Source: a virus (Duplodnaviria; Caudoviricetes). Taken from it: a DNA stretch of 41,386 nt. The notes under the pieces are model-generated. The model searched no databases and was not told the DNA's origin. It saw only the letters and a list, made by a program, of their open reading frames with translations. Numbering within the stretch: position 1 is the first letter of the stretch; every line of letters begins with the position of its first letter. A program made the translations under genes and the position numbers. The stretch lies in the IMG/VR virus record IMGVR_UViG_3300009149_000091, positions 1-41,386 of that record; one strand, given 5' to 3'. Positions 1 to 9,489 of the stretch are shown one piece after another.

Positions 1-52
1 GTGGAGTTGAAGTTGGAACACTTGTCCATTCAGCAGTTCCATTACCATTTTT
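1..52. repeat. Exact 52-bp direct copy of 649..700
   Basis: gtggagttgaagttggaacacttgtccattcagcagttccattaccattttt occurs at 1..52 and again at 649..700, inside the 630-aa CDS. Confidence 0.95.
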
Positions 53-63
53 TCCCTCCTACT

Positions 64-429
64 TTATTGTGGTAGTAATTGAACAATATATCTACCGTTG
101 ATTACTCTACCATCTAACCTAACAGCTTGTTGATCATTAATTGCATTTTCAATTACTTTTGAAAACTCTTCATATCTATTTTGATCAACTTGTAATTGAA
201 CAGTTTGATTACCTTCTAATACAACTACTGCATTAATATAATTAATTGGTTGTTGTACAGGTTGTTGTACAGGTTGTTGTACAGGTTGTTGTACAGGTTG
301 TTGTACAGGTTTCTGTACAGGTTGTTGTACAGGTTGCTGTTGATTCTGCTGTTGATTATTCTGTTGATTATTCTGTTGTTGAACAGGTTGTTGATTCTGT
401 TCATTTAAGAAATCATTATATTTTTTCAT
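64..429 (-). CDS. Gln-rich hypothetical protein with CTS-like leader; candidate internal virion protein
   Basis: 121-aa ORF starting MKKYNDFLNE, with VQQP repeats and a small C-terminal globular region. Confidence 0.75.
   Translation of the reverse strand: MKKYNDFLNEQNQQPVQQQNNQQNNQQQNQQQPVQQPVQKPVQQPVQQPVQQPVQQPVQQPINYINAVVVLEGNQTVQLQVDQNRYEEFSKVIENAINDQQAVRLDGRVINGRYIVQLLPQ
248..331. repeat. 12-bp tandem repeat (ggttgttgtaca) x7, encoding VQQP on the minus strand
   Basis: Units start at 248, 260, 272, 284, 296, 308 (variant) and 320. Confidence 0.95.
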
Positions 430-445
430 TCTTATAAATATTATT

Positions 446-2338
446 TTATGGTTGAAATGTTACAAAACTTAATAGTTTAGGTGTAACATGTCTTATAACA
501 TATTTAAATGTATCTTTTAAAACACCATTTTGAATTTCAAATGTTTTTCCAACTCCAAGTGTGAATGGTGCAACACTATCTATTTTCATTGTTGTTGGAT
601 CCACTACAGTTAATGATCCATTATCATTCAATGAATATATTTCATAAGGTGGAGTTGAAGTTGGAACACTTGTCCATTCAGCAGTTCCATTACCATTTTT
701 GAAATACAAATAAAATATTCTAGCTTTAATACTTTTAGAATCACCAGATGATGTAGGTGATGTTATAGAACCAAGAAACATGAAATATATTCCTACCAAA
801 TCTAAACCATTCTTATTTTCAATTTTTGGAAGAAATGATACATTAGTTCCAAATTTTCTAGTTGAACTATTAAAGAACACACTTCTGGTTGAAGGGTCTA
901 AATCTAATTTTTTATTTGTTTCTGCATCTTTTGTCATTAAATCAAAATCCATCGAACCAATATATTTATACAGTTTGTTAGCAGAATCTTCTAATTTAAA
1001 AACTGGTGCGGAAAACCCACCACCTTTTGTAATAATTCTTATAACACCGGTATCTTTAATAATTTCACCATTAAAATCTGGTTTTCCATATGTAATAATT
1101 TTTGTGATTCTATCTATTTCTTTCAATTTTTCACTATCCTTCTTTATATCATCGGCGTTTTTTGGATTTTTGGTAAAATCACTCACACCCTTTATAGTAA
1201 TTGGATCTATTTCATCAACATTTAGAAACATACTAAACTCCCCTTTAATTTTAGCAACTTTTTGTTCCCAAGGCTTCATTAATTTTGTTTGTGTATTTGT
1301 GACACCACCACCTGTTCCCGGATTAACACCTAATTTATCAGGTGTTTTTTCCACATGATAAATAATAGGTGCTACAGTTGCTGCAATTCTTATGATAGCA
1401 TTTTTATTTACTGAATTTGTAGCTTCTTTTTTCATTTGATCAGTAAATATAGATGCTAATTGTTTAAAATTTATATCTTCAACACTATTCACATCCTGAT
1501 CTTTTAAAAATTTACCAACACCGTCAGTTGATAATTCATCACCCAATATAAAAGCTAAACCTGTTCCACTACTATTATCAACTTTTTCATTTATTGATTC
1601 ATCATCATCATCATAATTAACACCCTCTACAAGAACTCTGGTAACAATATCTGGTTTGGTTGCACTTAACGCGGTTACTAAACCATCTAATATTAATCTT
1701 TCTGAATCTATCAAAGTATATTTCAATGTATATGGAGATGGTGTTGAATTTAAAGTTATAGAATTTATTTCAGCAATTTTTTGTTTTATTATATCTAAAT
1801 CAGCATCAAGTGTTGTACTGGAACTGGTTAATGATAAAAATTTCTGATCAATTTCTTTTACACATGGTATTAATTTATCTTTTAAAAACTGAAAATCTTG
1901 ATATTCAGTTAATCCACTAGATATTGTTGTCATTCCAGATTCGATTGAAGTACTAATGTCATCTAAATGCAATTGACAGTTTGGAATATCATATCTAATT
2001 TGAAGTATACCATTTGCAATTTCTTCCATTTCATTTACATCCGTTGTTTCTGGTTCACTTGTAGATGGTGTGGGTGGTTGTGGGTTTTTCAAATCGATAT
2101 TTTTCGATTTACAATATCTTAATACACCAGCGAAATATTCATTTTCTAGTTTTCTTTTGAAATATTCTAATCTGACTGCATTTATTCCATTTTTAACCAT
2201 CCTAAACAACCCAAAAGTTGCACGCCCTATAAGTGATTCTTTAAAACCCGTTGTATTACTGAATTCTGTACCAACATCAACAGCTTCATACATTTTTTTG
2301 AACTCATTGAAAGATGTTAAATTTTTTAGATGAAACAT
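446..2338 (-). CDS. Hypothetical protein, probably virion-associated
   Basis: 630-aa ORF with a late-type promoter upstream; N-terminus SFNEFKKMYE is a leader variant; no family recognised. Confidence 0.75.
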   Translation of the reverse strand: MFHLKNLTSFNEFKKMYEAVDVGTEFSNTTGFKESLIGRATFGLFRMVKNGINAVRLEYFKRKLENEYFAGVLRYCKSKNIDLKNPQPPTPSTSEPETTDVNEMEEIANGILQIRYDIPNCQLHLDDISTSIESGMTTISSGLTEYQDFQFLKDKLIPCVKEIDQKFLSLTSSSTTLDADLDIIKQKIAEINSITLNSTPSPYTLKYTLIDSERLILDGLVTALSATKPDIVTRVLVEGVNYDDDDESINEKVDNSSGTGLAFILGDELSTDGVGKFLKDQDVNSVEDINFKQLASIFTDQMKKEATNSVNKNAIIRIAATVAPIIYHVEKTPDKLGVNPGTGGGVTNTQTKLMKPWEQKVAKIKGEFSMFLNVDEIDPITIKGVSDFTKNPKNADDIKKDSEKLKEIDRITKIITYGKPDFNGEIIKDTGVIRIITKGGGFSAPVFKLEDSANKLYKYIGSMDFDLMTKDAETNKKLDLDPSTRSVFFNSSTRKFGTNVSFLPKIENKNGLDLVGIYFMFLGSITSPTSSGDSKSIKARIFYLYFKNGNGTAEWTSVPTSTPPYEIYSLNDNGSLTVVDPTTMKIDSVAPFTLGVGKTFEIQNGVLKDTFKYVIRHVTPKLLSFVTFQP

Positions 2339-2353
2339 TTGTTTTAAAATTGT

Positions 2354-2396
2354 TTTTTAATATATATTAAAAAGTAAAAACACATTTTTATATATA
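2354..2396. promoter_or_regulatory. Divergent putative late promoters, including the 20-bp perfect palindrome tttttaatatatattaaaaa (2354..2373) and tttatatata (2387..2396)
   Basis: The same TATATA-core motif recurs upstream of portal, protease and capsid genes. Confidence 0.65.
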
Positions 2397-2404
2397 ACAA
2401 TATC

Positions 2405-3175
2405 ATGGGTAAATCGATAATAACTAAATTCGATGACTTTATTAAAGAAAGTTCCGAATTCAATCAATACTTAATGGGTGGTCAATCCCAAAGTCCATTT
2501 GGTCCGGGTTATGGGTTTGCTACAGACCCCGGGTTATCTATTTATTCTGATGATAATAGACCTTATATGGATGAATATGCCAGAAAAGCTGGAACAACCA
2601 ATAAATTAATGCAAATATCTCAGAATTTTTCAAAAGATTTATTTAATGATCCAAAATTTAATAGAAAAAGTGATAGGTTTTTAGAAGATAGTGAATATTA
2701 TAAGAAACTGAAAATATTAAAAATGTACGAAAATGAAAACTTAAAATTAAATATTTATTTGTCTTGTGAGTTTAATGATGAAGAATTTTTTGGTGTATTT
2801 AAGAATTTTAATGGTTTAGTTAAACCACCAATATTAAACGCACCAGAGTTATTAAATCATGGTAGATATCCGTATATAGATAAAGAATATGCTTTAAAAT
2901 TGAATAATTTTCTCTATAAAAAATTATATGGGTGGTTTAAACCAGATCCCGGTATTTATATAAATCTAAAAGAGAATAATCCAGTGAAGGATGAAATGGG
3001 TAGACAATTTTTCTTGAAAAAAGGTAAGATAGTTGAAGTTATGGGTTATAATATTGATGAGAATAATGATCCATTTATTACAATAAGAATGAAAAATCAA
3101 GATTATTATATCCAAAAGAATAATTATTTCTGGTTCAATTGGAGATTCAAACCAGCTAATAAAAAAGAAAAATAA
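2405..3175 (+). CDS. Hypothetical protein with CTS-like leader
   Basis: 256-aa ORF, N-terminus MGKSIITKFDDFIKE. Confidence 0.75.
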   Translation: MGKSIITKFDDFIKESSEFNQYLMGGQSQSPFGPGYGFATDPGLSIYSDDNRPYMDEYARKAGTTNKLMQISQNFSKDLFNDPKFNRKSDRFLEDSEYYKKLKILKMYENENLKLNIYLSCEFNDEEFFGVFKNFNGLVKPPILNAPELLNHGRYPYIDKEYALKLNNFLYKKLYGWFKPDPGIYINLKENNPVKDEMGRQFFLKKGKIVEVMGYNIDENNDPFITIRMKNQDYYIQKNNYFWFNWRFKPANKKEK

Positions 3176-4144
3176 TCATCTTAAAAATCCTTGAAATTGG
3201 AAAAACGGAAATTCCGATTTTCCATCTATCATTTGGCAAGGTCTTTCGACTTGATCTTGAGCTTGAACAGATGTTTCAACTAAAAATGTATTATTACTTG
3301 GACTTTTTGTTAAATATCTAACAACCATGTAGTTACCCAGTTCCCTTGAACCACCACTTTCTTTTGTAAATATTCTAACTCTATGGTTTTTGATACCTCT
3401 TACACCAACTATAGCAATATAATTATTTTCTGCTTTAGATAAAATTGATTTTAGAACAGTAATTTCTATTTTTTCAATATCTTTTTGTTCAAAACCTTCA
3501 AATGGTTTCTTCAAATCTAATGTTCTGTTTAAATTTAAAGCTTGTAATTTCTTATCTTTCCTTTCAACAACTTGTTCTATTTTACCTTCATTTAATAATG
3601 ATTGTTGATTCCTTCTGATTGTTGAAAAATCTGCCTGACAGATTAATCTTTCTGTCATAACTCTATCATTCAAACGATATCCAGCGGGTGCCATTCTATA
3701 AAAGTTTCCAGTGAACATTATAGATAAAATATTTGTAGTTTTCATCAATCTCCATTCATCATTTTTCTCTTTTTTCTTATGAACTGACCAACCTTCGACA
3801 TGAAATGTTCTTAAAAGTTTGTTTTTTGTATTATGATTTATACCAAGTGTCATTGGATATATTGTTCTAATACGACCACCTCTCCATTTATCTTTATCCC
3901 CTCTATAACTGATAGTTAAAGCCATCCCATATTGGATTGCTTTAATTAGTAATGGTTCCAATTTATTATCCATTTGAGGTGTGAATCTCATAAGTTTATT
4001 AACTGGAAATCCCGGAACCATATCATTGCTCATTCCAGCTTCAGTTATCAAGTTTTTTGTTTCATTTAACTTCCAATTATATTTGGTCGTAAAAGCAACA
4101 TCTGTTACATTATTATAAGAATCATATGGATTGTGAATTATCAT
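3176..4144 (-). CDS. WYL-like domain protein
   Basis: AI...LTISY...RTIYPMTLG...LLRTF...EWRLMKTTNILSI follows the WYL domain pattern; TTAATATATA on the minus strand at 4171..4180. Confidence 0.55.
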   Translation of the reverse strand: MIIHNPYDSYNNVTDVAFTTKYNWKLNETKNLITEAGMSNDMVPGFPVNKLMRFTPQMDNKLEPLLIKAIQYGMALTISYRGDKDKWRGGRIRTIYPMTLGINHNTKNKLLRTFHVEGWSVHKKKEKNDEWRLMKTTNILSIMFTGNFYRMAPAGYRLNDRVMTERLICQADFSTIRRNQQSLLNEGKIEQVVERKDKKLQALNLNRTLDLKKPFEGFEQKDIEKIEITVLKSILSKAENNYIAIVGVRGIKNHRVRIFTKESGGSRELGNYMVVRYLTKSPSNNTFLVETSVQAQDQVERPCQMIDGKSEFPFFQFQGFLR

Positions 4145-4181
4145 TTATACATTTTATTTTATTCTTATTGTATATATTAAT

Positions 4182-4916
4182 TTATTTTTCACTCTTTTCA
4201 TCTACCATATTTTTGAGTATCATCATTATAAAGAGGGAATCAATTATATCATCAAATGGTTTAGGAATGTTCTTATAACTTAACAATTCGTCTTTGTTTT
4301 CTTTTAAAAATTGTGTTAGTTTACAATCAACATTAAAATCAACCAGTGCTTTCAACATATCGTGTTTTTCAAACTTCCCACCAGTAGTACCGTTTGGTGC
4401 TTTATTAACAACCACTTTGGTTTTTTTGATACCTTTTTTACTTACTGTTTCGGTTGTGGTTGTGCCATATACCATTAAACAAGTCTTACTTTTAACAGTT
4501 GTGGGAGCAAGTATTACCATTTCTTCTAAATTTGGTATACCATTGTATAATTTTTTTCTGATTAAAGTTGTTAGGGTTACAATATCTATAATACTATTTG
4601 TATTTTTCAATCCATAATTATAACCTTCTAAACAAATATATGTTTTTTGTGTTTTATCGATATTTCCTAATATTTTTTGAAATATTGTATCAGATAATTT
4701 ATCAAATTCTCTTAGTTTTATTATTTCTTTCTCACTGTATGTTTTGATATCTTCATGAGTATAATTTATAAATTCAAAATCTATATTATTTAATACTTTT
4801 TTTATCCATACATAATTCTTTTTTGTTGTTGTAAAATTAAGAAGTATTATTTCGTCATTTCTCATAATTGATACTCCTGTTGAATTCTTACTTATATCAA
4901 TACCAACTATATTCAT
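4182..4916 (-). CDS. RuvC-like (RNase H fold) Holliday junction resolvase
   Basis: N-terminal IVGIDIS, central LEGY and C-terminal DIIDS acidic motifs. Confidence 0.65.
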   Translation of the reverse strand: MNIVGIDISKNSTGVSIMRNDEIILLNFTTTKKNYVWIKKVLNNIDFEFINYTHEDIKTYSEKEIIKLREFDKLSDTIFQKILGNIDKTQKTYICLEGYNYGLKNTNSIIDIVTLTTLIRKKLYNGIPNLEEMVILAPTTVKSKTCLMVYGTTTTETVSKKGIKKTKVVVNKAPNGTTGGKFEKHDMLKALVDFNVDCKLTQFLKENKDELLSYKNIPKPFDDIIDSLFIMMILKNMVDEKSEK

Positions 4917-4964
4917 TTCGATTTGGTTTTATTTTCTTTTATATATAAGTTGAATGGAGGTCAT

Positions 4965-6839
4965 ATGAATAAAATGAAAAAATACGATTATTATTTTGAG
5001 TCTTTATTGGATAATATGATAGAGGGTGTTGCTATTCATGAATTAATATTTGATGAAAATAATAATCCAATTGATTATAGAATATTAGATATTAATAAAT
5101 CATATGAAAAAATATTAAATTTAAAAAAGAAAAATACTCAAGGGAAATTAGCGAGTGAAGTATATGGTGAAGCCCCTTTATTAAAAGAATATTCTAATGT
5201 TGTTTTAAATAAAAAATCGACAAAATTTAGATTTTATTATCCTAAAATGGATAAATATTTTTCCATATCAGCATCCCATTGGAACGATAAGGGGTTTATT
5301 ACTATTTTTTCCGATAACACGGAAAATGTCAATATGGAAAAAGCTCTGAAAGAAAGTGAGTTTTTTGTTAGAAACATTGTTGAGAGTGCTGGAGTTGGGA
5401 TTGTTGTATATGATAAGAATTTGAATTATGTTTTATGGAATCCCCAGATGGAAGAATTAACAGGCATAAAAGCTTCAGAAGTTATTGGCAAAAATTCAAT
5501 TGATACTTTCGAACATATTGAAAAAATTAGTGACATACTCAGGAAAGTTTTAAAAGGGGAAGAAATTAAGGATGTAAATTATGAAGTTATAAATAATGGT
5601 TGGAGAAATGCAAATTATACACCATTAAGAGATACAAAAGGGGATATTATTGGCATTGTTGCTTTTATTAAAGATATAACAGAAAGAAAAAGACATGAAG
5701 AGGAAATAATTAAAGCAAAAGAGTTGGCAGAAAGATCAGAACAATCTAATCTAACTTTCATATCAAATATGAGTCATGATTTGAGAACACCTATAAATAG
5801 TATAATTGGTTTTTCTGAATTATTAAAAGAAAAAGGTTTAAAACGAAATGTTGAATTGGAATATTTAGATATAATAATGAAAAATGGAGATCAATTAACA
5901 ACATTAGTAAATGACATTATAGATATATCTAAAATAGATTCAAATATGTTAAGAATTCAGAAAATTGAAATAGATTTGAATAAATTTTTACAATATTTGA
6001 AAAATCAATATTCAAAAGAAATTAAATTATTAAAAAAGAAAATAAAAATTAATATTGATATTGATCTGAATAATAATGTTTTTATATTAGCTGATAAACA
6101 CAGGTTAAGACAGATATTAACAAATTTATTGAATAATGCAATAAAATTCACCAATAGTGGATATATTAAATTGGGATATAAAATTTTAGATGATCACAAA
6201 TTAGAAATTTATGTGAAAGATACAGGTATTGGAATAAGTAAAGATGATCAAAAAACAATATTTGATCGTTTTGTACAAATAAATGCAGAAAATCAGAAAA
6301 CAAAAGGTTCTGGTCTTGGTCTATCAATATCCAAATCACTAATTCAGTTAATGGGTTTTGGGGATATACAATTAGAATCTAAATTAAGGGAAGGTAGTCG
6401 TTTTTCTTTTGAATTACCATTTATCTTTAAAGATGATTCACAGATGATTATAGATAATATTGAAGATGATAATGAAATGGATTTAAGTGGTATTAGAATT
6501 TTAGTTGTGGAGGATGATGTAGATACAAATAAAATGTTAAGATTATTTTTAAGATCTGTTAACGCTACTGTTTTTGGTGATAGTGGAAAGGGGGTGATGG
6601 ATATTATAAAAAATAAAAATATAGATGTGGTGTTGTTAGATTTGGGACTTCCTAATATAAGTGGTTTTGAAATTTTGAAAGAGATCAAAAAATTCAATAA
6701 TAATATAAAGATTATTATTCAAACCGCTTATGTTATATCTGAATATAAATCAAAATCGTATGAATTAGGAGCGAATGATTTTATATCAAAACCATTTACC
6801 AAATTACAACTTTTAAATTCAATAATGAAACAAATTTAA
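4965..6839 (+). CDS. Soluble hybrid sensor histidine kinase (PAS-PAS-HisKA-HATPase-REC)
   Basis: SHDLRTPINSIIGF H-box, NLLNNAIKFT N-box, DTGIGI G1, GSGLGLSI G2; receiver domain with VEDD, LLDLGLP and SKP; start moved to ATG 4965, downstream of the TATATA motif and GGAGG. Confidence 0.95.
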   Translation: MNKMKKYDYYFESLLDNMIEGVAIHELIFDENNNPIDYRILDINKSYEKILNLKKKNTQGKLASEVYGEAPLLKEYSNVVLNKKSTKFRFYYPKMDKYFSISASHWNDKGFITIFSDNTENVNMEKALKESEFFVRNIVESAGVGIVVYDKNLNYVLWNPQMEELTGIKASEVIGKNSIDTFEHIEKISDILRKVLKGEEIKDVNYEVINNGWRNANYTPLRDTKGDIIGIVAFIKDITERKRHEEEIIKAKELAERSEQSNLTFISNMSHDLRTPINSIIGFSELLKEKGLKRNVELEYLDIIMKNGDQLTTLVNDIIDISKIDSNMLRIQKIEIDLNKFLQYLKNQYSKEIKLLKKKIKINIDIDLNNNVFILADKHRLRQILTNLLNNAIKFTNSGYIKLGYKILDDHKLEIYVKDTGIGISKDDQKTIFDRFVQINAENQKTKGSGLGLSISKSLIQLMGFGDIQLESKLREGSRFSFELPFIFKDDSQMIIDNIEDDNEMDLSGIRILVVEDDVDTNKMLRLFLRSVNATVFGDSGKGVMDIIKNKNIDVVLLDLGLPNISGFEILKEIKKFNNNIKIIIQTAYVISEYKSKSYELGANDFISKPFTKLQLLNSIMKQI

Positions 6840-6888
6840 AACCAAAACAATAATATTTAATATATAATCAAAACGAATAACAAAATTA

Positions 6889-7182
6889 ATGGATGAAATA
6901 GCAAATTTTAAAAGAACACAAATAAATAATTACTTTTCTGGTTTTTATGATTTGGACGAAAGTACTGTGGATATCAGTAAAATTAAATTTGATTTACAAA
7001 ATTTAATTGGTGAAATACCGGGAGTTGATTTGAATTATGAAGTGGAAAAACTCATAACAGAAGATGGTGGTGATGAAGTAAAAATAGAAAAATTAAGTTC
7101 CATCACTATTTATTATTCGTATGATATTAACATCGGAACGGAAACGATACCAAGATTTGATAAGGTTACATATATAATTTAA
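6889..7182 (+). CDS. Acidic hypothetical protein
   Basis: 97-aa ORF preceded by TTAATATATA at 6857..6866. Confidence 0.7.
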   Translation: MDEIANFKRTQINNYFSGFYDLDESTVDISKIKFDLQNLIGEIPGVDLNYEVEKLITEDGGDEVKIEKLSSITIYYSYDINIGTETIPRFDKVTYII

Positions 7183-7213
7183 TCATAAATTTTTTTTATT
7201 CATTAAAAATTTT

Positions 7214-7221
7214 TATCTTTG
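7214..7221 (+). promoter_or_regulatory. Bacteroidota-type -7 element TATCTTTG (putative early promoter)
   Basis: Matches TAnnTTTG, has a T-tract upstream, and lies 24 bp before ATG 7246. Confidence 0.65.
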
Positions 7222-7245
7222 TTTATAATCAAAAATAGAAGCATT

Positions 7246-7650
7246 ATGTCATATTTTTATGTTAAGACTTGTTTCGAAAAAGCCAACGGGACAAGAAAGA
7301 AAGATCAGAAAATTCGAGTTCGTGTTTTAGGTGGACAAAAATTAGATGGTCAAGATCTGGATGTCACATTAAATGTATCGTGTAATCACGCAATTCGTAC
7401 AGATCATTTGATTGGAACTATTTTTTGTTGTAAAAATTTAACAGAAAGAGAATCCAGAAACGGTAAAAAATTCTATAAGGTACCAAATAATGATTTATTT
7501 CCAATCGAAGAAGATAATAAGATTATTTCTGATAATACAAGGATGGTGGAACATTATGAATTAACTTTACCATACATGATTAACAATGAAAGAAGATTAA
7601 AATTAGATTGGATTCTTTCAGATGATGATCTTCCTCTTTTCGATGAATAA
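7246..7650 (+). CDS. Hypothetical protein
   Basis: The ORF-track TTG start overlaps the promoter element, so ATG 7246 (MSYFYV) is preferred. Confidence 0.7.
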   Translation: MSYFYVKTCFEKANGTRKKDQKIRVRVLGGQKLDGQDLDVTLNVSCNHAIRTDHLIGTIFCCKNLTERESRNGKKFYKVPNNDLFPIEEDNKIISDNTRMVEHYELTLPYMINNERRLKLDWILSDDDLPLFDE

Positions 7651-7663
7651 TTTTTTGAAAAGA

Positions 7664-8048
7664 TCATAATAAAAAATTATATCCGGATTTTAAGGCTGTT
7701 TCTTTTTTAGATTCATTCATATTATAATATTTTTTATAATAATAACTACTTTTTATCTCTATCACTAGATTTTTATTTGGCAAATAAAAATCACTAAAAT
7801 AGTATCTTTTTTTATTATCGAAGAAATAAGAAAATCTTTTCCCTTTTTCAATTTTTATTTTATTAGATACACAAAAATCTAGAAAATCTTTTTCATACGT
7901 TCCTCTGTAAAAAAGATTCGTTCTTGGATTTGTGTCCACTAATTTGTGCTTTCATGTAAATATCTTCATTTTGCATATTATATTCTATTCCAAAATTATC
8001 CATATAATATTTTTTCGATTTTTCTTTAAAATCTGATGATCCAATTAT
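7664..8048 (-). pseudogene. Frameshifted, 5'-truncated PD-(D/E)xK putative homing endonuclease remnant
   Basis: YRGTYE...SDFYLP...VIEIKS nuclease motifs; an upstream different frame reads SSDFKEKSKKYYMDNFGIEYNMQNEDIYMKAQISGHK, a FG(V/I)E-type repeat. Confidence 0.65.
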
Positions 8049-8098
8049 ATTAAACTTTTAAAATCATATTTTATATAAACCAAAAATAATACAGAATT

Positions 8099-9070
8099 AT
8101 GGTATCTTTAAATTTATGTATAGATGGAAATTATCTTCTACAGAAAAACATACAAATTCTTTTTAAAAATAAGATTCTGTACTCAGAATTATATAATGTA
8201 TTGGAGAGAGATTTTAATGCCATTACCCGTTTATTCGATTTCAATAAAATATTCTTTGTTTCAGATAGTTTCACAAACTGGAGAAAAGAGTATTTTCCTG
8301 AACTCAAAGGTACAAGAAAAAAAGACGAGTTCATTGATTGGAAATTTGTTTATGATGAATATAGGAAACTAAAAGAATTCATAGATGATAAAAAAACAGT
8401 GTCTCTTTGTGAAGTGGAACAAATGGAGGGGGATGATATAATAGCTTTTATTACCGATAAGTCAAATCAGAAAGGAGAATCGGTATTTATTGTGTCATCT
8501 GATAGTGATATTTATCAAAAATTACATTATGATGGTTTGAATTTCAAATATATCAACATGATGTATAACTATAAATTCAATGACGAAAGAGTATATTTAC
8601 CAGAACAATATAAAAGATTTTTATCTTATGTCGATGAGAATTATGAAGATGATAATATTTTCCAAACAAATAATGACATGGAATTTCTTCAATTTTTTGA
8701 TAGATTTGTCAGAGGTAAAAAAATTGTTGAAATAAATAATGAATTTGAATTGTTTAAGAAAGTGATGGGTCATGGAAAGGATAACATCAAATCAATTTTT
8801 ATTCAAGGTAACAGAGGGATAGGTGAAGCTGGTATAAAAACTGTTTATGGACTTTATAAATCAACATATCCCAGTACAATTGATTTTGATAGTTTGACAT
8901 TTGAAAACAATTTAATAGATATTATCAAATTTCATAAAAAGATCAATGATAATAGTCATGATAAATCTATATCTGAAAAATTCAGAAGAAATTTGAAAAT
9001 AGTTAAACTAGATGAGAAATCTTGTCCACCGAAATTGTATGAAAACATGAATTCTTTAATTAAAATTTAA
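8099..9070 (+). CDS. rnh: T4 RNase H-like 5'-3' exonuclease (FEN/PIN fold)
   Basis: IDGNYL, WRKEYFPELKGTR, EGDDIIA, SSDSDIYQ, KDNI and GIGE motifs. Confidence 0.85.
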   Translation: MVSLNLCIDGNYLLQKNIQILFKNKILYSELYNVLERDFNAITRLFDFNKIFFVSDSFTNWRKEYFPELKGTRKKDEFIDWKFVYDEYRKLKEFIDDKKTVSLCEVEQMEGDDIIAFITDKSNQKGESVFIVSSDSDIYQKLHYDGLNFKYINMMYNYKFNDERVYLPEQYKRFLSYVDENYEDDNIFQTNNDMEFLQFFDRFVRGKKIVEINNEFELFKKVMGHGKDNIKSIFIQGNRGIGEAGIKTVYGLYKSTYPSTIDFDSLTFENNLIDIIKFHKKINDNSHDKSISEKFRRNLKIVKLDEKSCPPKLYENMNSLIKI

Positions 9071-9094
9071 ATATATAAAAACAAAATCAGAAAA

Positions 9095-9475
9095 ATGATG
9101 AAAAAATTATTGTTATTGATTATTATCATGATATCATGTTGTTTTAGTCCAACATATTCCACTACCACATCCCCAATTGGTTATATTGAATTTTTCAATT
9201 GTGAAAAATGGAATTCAATTGATACGAATGATTGTAATATAAATATTTATTATAAGATAAACGCTGGAAGAATAGATATTGTTGTTAAATCTAATAATTT
9301 AACAGTGAAAGGTGACTATAAAATATATTTATTTGATATGTTTGGTAGAAAGATAATTGAAAATAATATTGAAAATCCGATAAGTTTTTACAAAGACAAT
9401 TTAAAACAAGGATTATATTATTTGAAGATAACCAATAATAAAGAAGTTTTTAATAAAGTCCTTGAAATTAATTAA
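9095..9475 (+). CDS. Small signal-peptide protein with a T9SS (Por) type-A C-terminal sorting-like domain
   Basis: N-terminal MKKLLLLIIIMISCC signal; C-terminal IYLFDMFGRKI...NLKQGLYYLKI...KVLEIN. Confidence 0.7.
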   Translation: MMKKLLLLIIIMISCCFSPTYSTTTSPIGYIEFFNCEKWNSIDTNDCNINIYYKINAGRIDIVVKSNNLTVKGDYKIYLFDMFGRKIIENNIENPISFYKDNLKQGLYYLKITNNKEVFNKVLEIN

Positions 9476-9489
9476 CGTATCGGTTTTGG

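Noticed and set aside
246-437. Plus-strand VVVQ-repeat ORF, or a CRISPR-like array
   Set aside because: It is the antisense shadow of the VQQP repeat, and the units are contiguous with no spacers.
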